From the NCBI GenBank assembly GCA_964348575.1, contig CAYGDD010000002.1:1-45882 (forward strand): DNA of 45,882 nt, written 5' to 3'. This stretch comes from an uncultured Candidatus Saccharibacteria bacterium. Its GTDB lineage: Bacteria > Patescibacteriota > Minisyncoccia > Phycocordibacterales > DATDSR01. Shown one piece after another: positions 41,855 to 45,882 of the stretch; positions within the stretch are counted from its first letter, which is position 1; each line of letters begins with the position of its first letter. A program made the position numbers and the translations under genes. The notes under the pieces were generated by a model. The model was given only the letters and a program-made list of their open reading frames with translations. It did not search any database and was not told the DNA's origin.

Positions 41855-43651
41855 CTAGTTGTGGAGGCCTATCTGGAGCTCGTAGAGCTTACGGTATACC
41901 CCTCCCTCTCTATCTGCCAGCTCAGCGTGCTTGCCTTGCTCTACAATCCTACCTTCATATAAGACTAGAATATTATCGGCGTGGCGCACTGTCGAGAGTC
42001 TGTGGGCAATGATAAATGTGGTACGTCCTCGCATAAGCTCTATTAATGATTCATTGATGGCGTGCTCACTCTTTGCATCTAGGGCCGATGTAGGCTCATC
42101 TAATATAAGTATCTTGGGGTTACGCAATATAGCCCTGGCAATAGCCACGCGCTGTTTTTGACCTACAGAGAGCCTAATCCCACGCTCGCCCACCAGTTGC
42201 TTCCATTTATTTGGGAACTTCTGTACGAAGGTAGTCACCTGAGCAAGTTCTGCAGCACGCTCTATCGCTTGTTTGGTGGCTTTGGTATTACCGTAACGGA
42301 TATTATTGAAGATAGTATCATCAAATAAGACAATCTCCTGCGAGACTACAGCAATGTTAGATCTTAGTCTGTACAAGTCGTGCTTCTTCACGTCTAGATT
42401 ATCTATTAGTACCCGCCCCCCAGTAGGGGCGAAGTAGCCCGAGATAAGATCTATCAGAGTGCTCTTGCCCACCCCAGACTCCCCTACTAAGGCTGTGATA
42501 CTACCTTTAGGAGCTACAAAAGAGATATCATTCAAGACCCCTTTGCCCGAGGGATATTTAAAGCTTACGTTACGAAGTTCAACGATCCCTTCGAATTCTT
42601 TTTGGGTCCCCTGTGCTCCCCTGTTATACTTCTCATGTGGATGCTGTAGCATCTTCTCTGCTTGGCCTATGCTCACTAAGCCACTTTGGAAGGTCTGCCA
42701 ATTTCTACCCAGTGTTACAAAGGGTCCAAACATCATAGCTGCATAACCATTAAACATCAGTAATTGCCCAACAGTCATATTGCCAGCGAGTATTTGGGAT
42801 ATGGTGTAGACATAAATAATTACTTGGACTACCAAGATTATGGACCTTTGTATCAGGCCCAAATTTTGCCATAGCCTATAAATTTTAATCCAAGCGTTAA
42901 AGCCGTGCACCGTAAACTGTCTAGTCAATCGCCCCTGCTCATATTCCTCTGTGGTAGCTTGCTTGACCGCTTGCACATTACCTAGAGCCTCATAGCTTAG
43001 ATGCCAAGCCTTACGCCAGGACTTGTTACGTGCTTTAGTTAAATCACTAATTGGTCGCACCAGGAAGAACATGATTACCGTATAGAGCAACACTCCTGCA
43101 AGCAGGACAGTGGCTAAGGTGATATTGATGTACATTGTAATACCGAGTGCAACTATAAACGTTAGTAGTTGCGGACCGATATCAGAGATAACACTGCCGG
43201 AAATATCACTAAGTTCGTTACCCGCTCGTTGGATCTTATCTGTGATATGCCCAAGCTTACGTGACTTATGGAAGTGCATGGGCAAGAACATAAGGTTAGA
43301 GAAGGCCAACGCGTAGTAGTCCGATAACGCTCGTAATCCTATGGCCTTACTTTTGCGAGAGTTGTACGAGCTAGATATGTGCATAAAGGCCTGCGCAGAT
43401 GCCCACAATACAAGGAAGATTATATGCAAATATATAAGGCTACCCATCACAGACACCTTGTGGGGCGTGATGATAGCGTCCAATAATCGGCCTCCAATAT
43501 ATGGCGTTAGACCCTCAGCTATGGCCAAGAGCATACCCACAAGGGTCACCTTGATTAAGTCTATCCTGTAGACAGCGAGGTGCTCCCAAACGGCCCGGAG
43601 GCCAGGGAGCAAGGACTGTAATCCAGATTTTTTTATCTTGCCATCGGGCAT
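41855..43651 (-). CDS. ABC exporter, fused permease/ATPase (MsbA-like)
   Basis: 598 aa with six TM helices, Walker A GESGVGKST, signature LSVGQKQR and Walker B ILILDEPTSALD. Confidence 0.9.
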   Translation of the reverse strand: MPDGKIKKSGLQSLLPGLRAVWEHLAVYRIDLIKVTLVGMLLAIAEGLTPYIGGRLLDAIITPHKVSVMGSLIYLHIIFLVLWASAQAFMHISSSYNSRKSKAIGLRALSDYYALAFSNLMFLPMHFHKSRKLGHITDKIQRAGNELSDISGSVISDIGPQLLTFIVALGITMYINITLATVLLAGVLLYTVIMFFLVRPISDLTKARNKSWRKAWHLSYEALGNVQAVKQATTEEYEQGRLTRQFTVHGFNAWIKIYRLWQNLGLIQRSIILVVQVIIYVYTISQILAGNMTVGQLLMFNGYAAMMFGPFVTLGRNWQTFQSGLVSIGQAEKMLQHPHEKYNRGAQGTQKEFEGIVELRNVSFKYPSGKGVLNDISFVAPKGSITALVGESGVGKSTLIDLISGYFAPTGGRVLIDNLDVKKHDLYRLRSNIAVVSQEIVLFDDTIFNNIRYGNTKATKQAIERAAELAQVTTFVQKFPNKWKQLVGERGIRLSVGQKQRVAIARAILRNPKILILDEPTSALDAKSEHAINESLIELMRGRTTFIIAHRLSTVRHADNILVLYEGRIVEQGKHAELADREGGVYRKLYELQIGLHN

Positions 43652-43663
43652 TTATTATCTCTA

Positions 43664-44641
43664 TTAGCGAACTCCGATGGCCTTGCGCACTTTCTGCATT
43701 GTCTCATTTGCCTTGGCTCTCGCCTTATCGCTACCATCTTTTAGTATTCTCTCTATTAATCCAGCATCTTGCGCTAATTGCTCACGCTTGGTGCGCATGG
43801 GTGAAATAAGCTTAATTATATTCTCTGCCAGCATCTCCTTAGACTCTTTATAGCCTATCTCCCCCGCCTTGTACTTGGAACCTAAGGTTCCAAGTTGATC
43901 TGCATCTAAGAACAATTTATGCAGAGCAAAGATATTGTCTGTATCTAGATCAAGGGCCTCGCCCTTACTCTTGGAGTCTGTCACAATACTCATGCATTGC
44001 TTCAAAATATCTTCATCAGAACCGAATAGCTTTATATCATTGCCGTAACTCTTGCTCATCTTGCGCCCGTCTATACCCGGCACCACGGCTACATCTTTGC
44101 GGATTAGTTCTTTGGGTGGGATGAAGAGCTCTCCGTAAGTGCTGTTAAACTTTAGGCCTAGCTCGCGCGCCATCTCTACATGTTGTCTTTGGTCCTCGCC
44201 CACTGGCACTATATCAGGATTCATAATTAGGATATCCGCCGCCATAAGTACTGGGTAATCAAAAAGACCCACATTAATCTCCTTGCTCTTAGCTCCTGCA
44301 TCTTTGAAGGCGTGGGCCCTCATTAGCCAAGGCATAGTAGCAAGGCAGTTAAGGTACCAAGTAAGTTCTGTTACTTCGGGCACGTCACTTTGGGCATATA
44401 GGATCACTTTTTCGGGATCCAAACCCACTGCCAGATAATCTAATACTACATCACGGGTGTCCGCGCGTAACTGGTCTGGATCCTTGACTGTGGTTAGGGC
44501 GTGGAAGTTGGCCACAAAGATGTAAGCAGTATACTCATCTTGGTAGTCTACGAACTGCTTCATAGCCCCAAAGTAGTTGCCAATATGAAGCTTTCCAGAT
44601 GCTTGAATACCAGACAGGAGAACTTTTTTAGCTTTGCTCAT
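43664..44641 (-). CDS. trpS: Tryptophanyl-tRNA synthetase
   Basis: 325 aa with GIQASGKLHIGNYFGA (HIGH) and KMSKS motifs. TAATAT (44649-44654, minus strand) lies 7 nt upstream of the ATG. Confidence 0.92.
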   Translation of the reverse strand: MSKAKKVLLSGIQASGKLHIGNYFGAMKQFVDYQDEYTAYIFVANFHALTTVKDPDQLRADTRDVVLDYLAVGLDPEKVILYAQSDVPEVTELTWYLNCLATMPWLMRAHAFKDAGAKSKEINVGLFDYPVLMAADILIMNPDIVPVGEDQRQHVEMARELGLKFNSTYGELFIPPKELIRKDVAVVPGIDGRKMSKSYGNDIKLFGSDEDILKQCMSIVTDSKSKGEALDLDTDNIFALHKLFLDADQLGTLGSKYKAGEIGYKESKEMLAENIIKLISPMRTKREQLAQDAGLIERILKDGSDKARAKANETMQKVRKAIGVR

Positions 44642-44682
44642 GTTATAGATATTAGCAGATTATTGGATTAAGCACTATATAT

Positions 44683-44760
44683 CTAATGATTACTAGAATT
44701 AATATAGTTAGGGGCGATGATGACACCAACAACGGCGAAGGTCACGGGGACTAGTAGCAT
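44683..44760 (-). CDS. Possible 25-aa hydrophobic micro-protein (MLLVPVTFAVVGVIIAPNYINSSNH)
   Basis: My own translation of the HK-trpS intergenic region, below the ORF-track length cutoff. ATG at 44760 and TAG at 44683-44685. It has one TM-like stretch, and no SD was seen. Confidence 0.25.
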   Translation of the reverse strand: MLLVPVTFAVVGVIIAPNYINSSNH

Positions 44761-44773
44761 ATATTAACCCAGT

Positions 44774-45871
44774 CTACTCAGCCATAAACTCGAGATAAAA
44801 TGTGGAACCCTTACCCTCTCCAGGAGAGTCTACCCACACATTACCCTTATGAGCCTTCATAAGCTCCTTAACCACATATAGCCCGAGGCCAGTGCCTTGG
44901 GTATTGACTAGGCCCGCACCCTTAGCCCGAGTGAACTTCTGGAACAGGGTGGGCAGGACCTCGCGCGAGATGCCGATGCCAGTGTCCCCTATTGTTAGCA
45001 AGACTTTACGATTCCTTGGGTCTTTATCCAGAGTTACAGTTAGGCCACCCTCTTGTGTGTACTTAATGGCATTGTCTATTATGTTGGTCACTACTTGTCT
45101 AATCTTGCCGAAGTCTGCAGTTATAAGGTTACCCACTTCTAGCTTGTTGAGATATTTGATATAAAGTCCGGCTCTATCGGCGTTTTGCTTTTGTTCTTCA
45201 ATTACACCTCTTACCAACTCGTCAAGGTTAACTGAAGAGAATTCGTATTGCATTCTGCCCTGCTCAATCCTTGAGACGTTAAGAAAGTCTTCAATAATAA
45301 TAACAAGCCTTTCACTAGATAAGAAGATTCTATCCAGAGCCTCGCGAGCCTTGGGCTCTACCTTGCCGAACGAGCCCTCAAGGAGCATAGAAGCGTAGCC
45401 CTTAATGGCAGTCAGTGGGCTACGTAGCTGGTGGCTAGCAATAGATAAGAACTCGGACTTCTGTTGGTCTAGAACCATCAACTTCTCGTTGGCGCTAGCA
45501 AGTTGGTTGGCCAACTGCTCCATATTCTCCCGAGTCTTCACCTCCTTGAGAACAGAGCGAATTAGTAAAGCTCCCACAACTATCGTGGCTAGCAAAAGCA
45601 CGAGATCCGCTAGTTGGTCTGCTGATCCCTCTGCTATTATTACTCTTACAATTAAGAATAACCATATTGAAAATATGAAAATTTCTGTCGCAACAACTCT
45701 GGCGTTAAATAGCTTGTATTTGTAGATAGAATAGAAAATTGCCGAAACCATAAATACCACCGTAACTTGTCCTAACCAGTTATATTCAAATACGCCAAAT
45801 AATGGCAATGTGAGATTTGTAGTTACTCCAATGAGAGTTGAGATAAGTGTCCCTCCAACTACATAAAACAA
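44774..45871 (-). CDS. Sensor histidine kinase (may be 5'-partial)
   Basis: The N-terminus is polytopic. The H-box is SHQLRSPLT, the N-box DNAIKYT, G1 GDTGIGI and G2 GTGLGLYV. The tracked start is a TTG at 45871, and the frame stays open (KKK) to the window edge. Confidence 0.88.
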   Translation of the reverse strand: MFYVVGGTLISTLIGVTTNLTLPLFGVFEYNWLGQVTVVFMVSAIFYSIYKYKLFNARVVATEIFIFSIWLFLIVRVIIAEGSADQLADLVLLLATIVVGALLIRSVLKEVKTRENMEQLANQLASANEKLMVLDQQKSEFLSIASHQLRSPLTAIKGYASMLLEGSFGKVEPKAREALDRIFLSSERLVIIIEDFLNVSRIEQGRMQYEFSSVNLDELVRGVIEEQKQNADRAGLYIKYLNKLEVGNLITADFGKIRQVVTNIIDNAIKYTQEGGLTVTLDKDPRNRKVLLTIGDTGIGISREVLPTLFQKFTRAKGAGLVNTQGTGLGLYVVKELMKAHKGNVWVDSPGEGKGSTFYLEFMAE

Positions 45872-45882
45872 CTTCTTTTTTT

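Overview
This 45.9-kb window looks like a small-genome, Patescibacteria/CPR-like bacterium. That guess rests only on gene content, compact overlapping operons and mostly Shine-Dalgarno-less genes. Most of the window is conserved housekeeping. It carries two mreB paralogs with mreC, an mreD-like gene and PBP2, and a dcw cluster start (mraZ-rsmH-ftsL-ftsI-murF). A long minus-strand operon runs scpA-scpB-dac-ftsW-murG-gltX-M23 peptidase. There are seven aminoacyl-tRNA synthetases (proS, lysS, cysS, gltX, aspS, trpS; gltX counted once) and frr, greA, rseP, recR, dnaB, rmuC, rplU, rplI and rpmA. An ABC exporter, a NYN-domain protein and a histidine kinase complete the core set. The left end holds two large surface proteins. 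One is a 1297-aa fibre-like protein with LVIVD propeller repeats and a phage tail-fibre-type (S74-like) chaperone domain. Two short accessory islands (about 21.1-24.1 kb and 38.8-39.8 kb) stand out by eye. They are visibly richer in G+C and GC3 than their flanks. Each of their five small ORFs of unknown function is a self-contained unit with a near-consensus sigma70-type promoter, a strong GGAGG/AAGGAG ribosome-binding site and its own hairpin terminator. Many host genes instead have a -10 box 6-8 nt upstream of the ATG and no SD. The first island sits at the point where the dcw cluster breaks off after murF and surrounds a tRNA-Glu(CUC). It contains a 170-bp direct repeat, identical by eye in both copies, with subterminal inverted repeats bracketing one foreign gene. 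It also has a cluster of perfect hairpins and a small hydrophobic peptide gene behind a long structured leader. The second island is a divergent gene pair, a Pro-1 tautomerase-like protein and a 10-Cys zinc-ribbon-like protein. The pair is driven from back-to-back promoters whose -35 boxes form a 14-bp palindrome. I saw no rRNA, CRISPR array, transposase or integrase. All functional calls come from motif recognition by eye, and no database search was possible.
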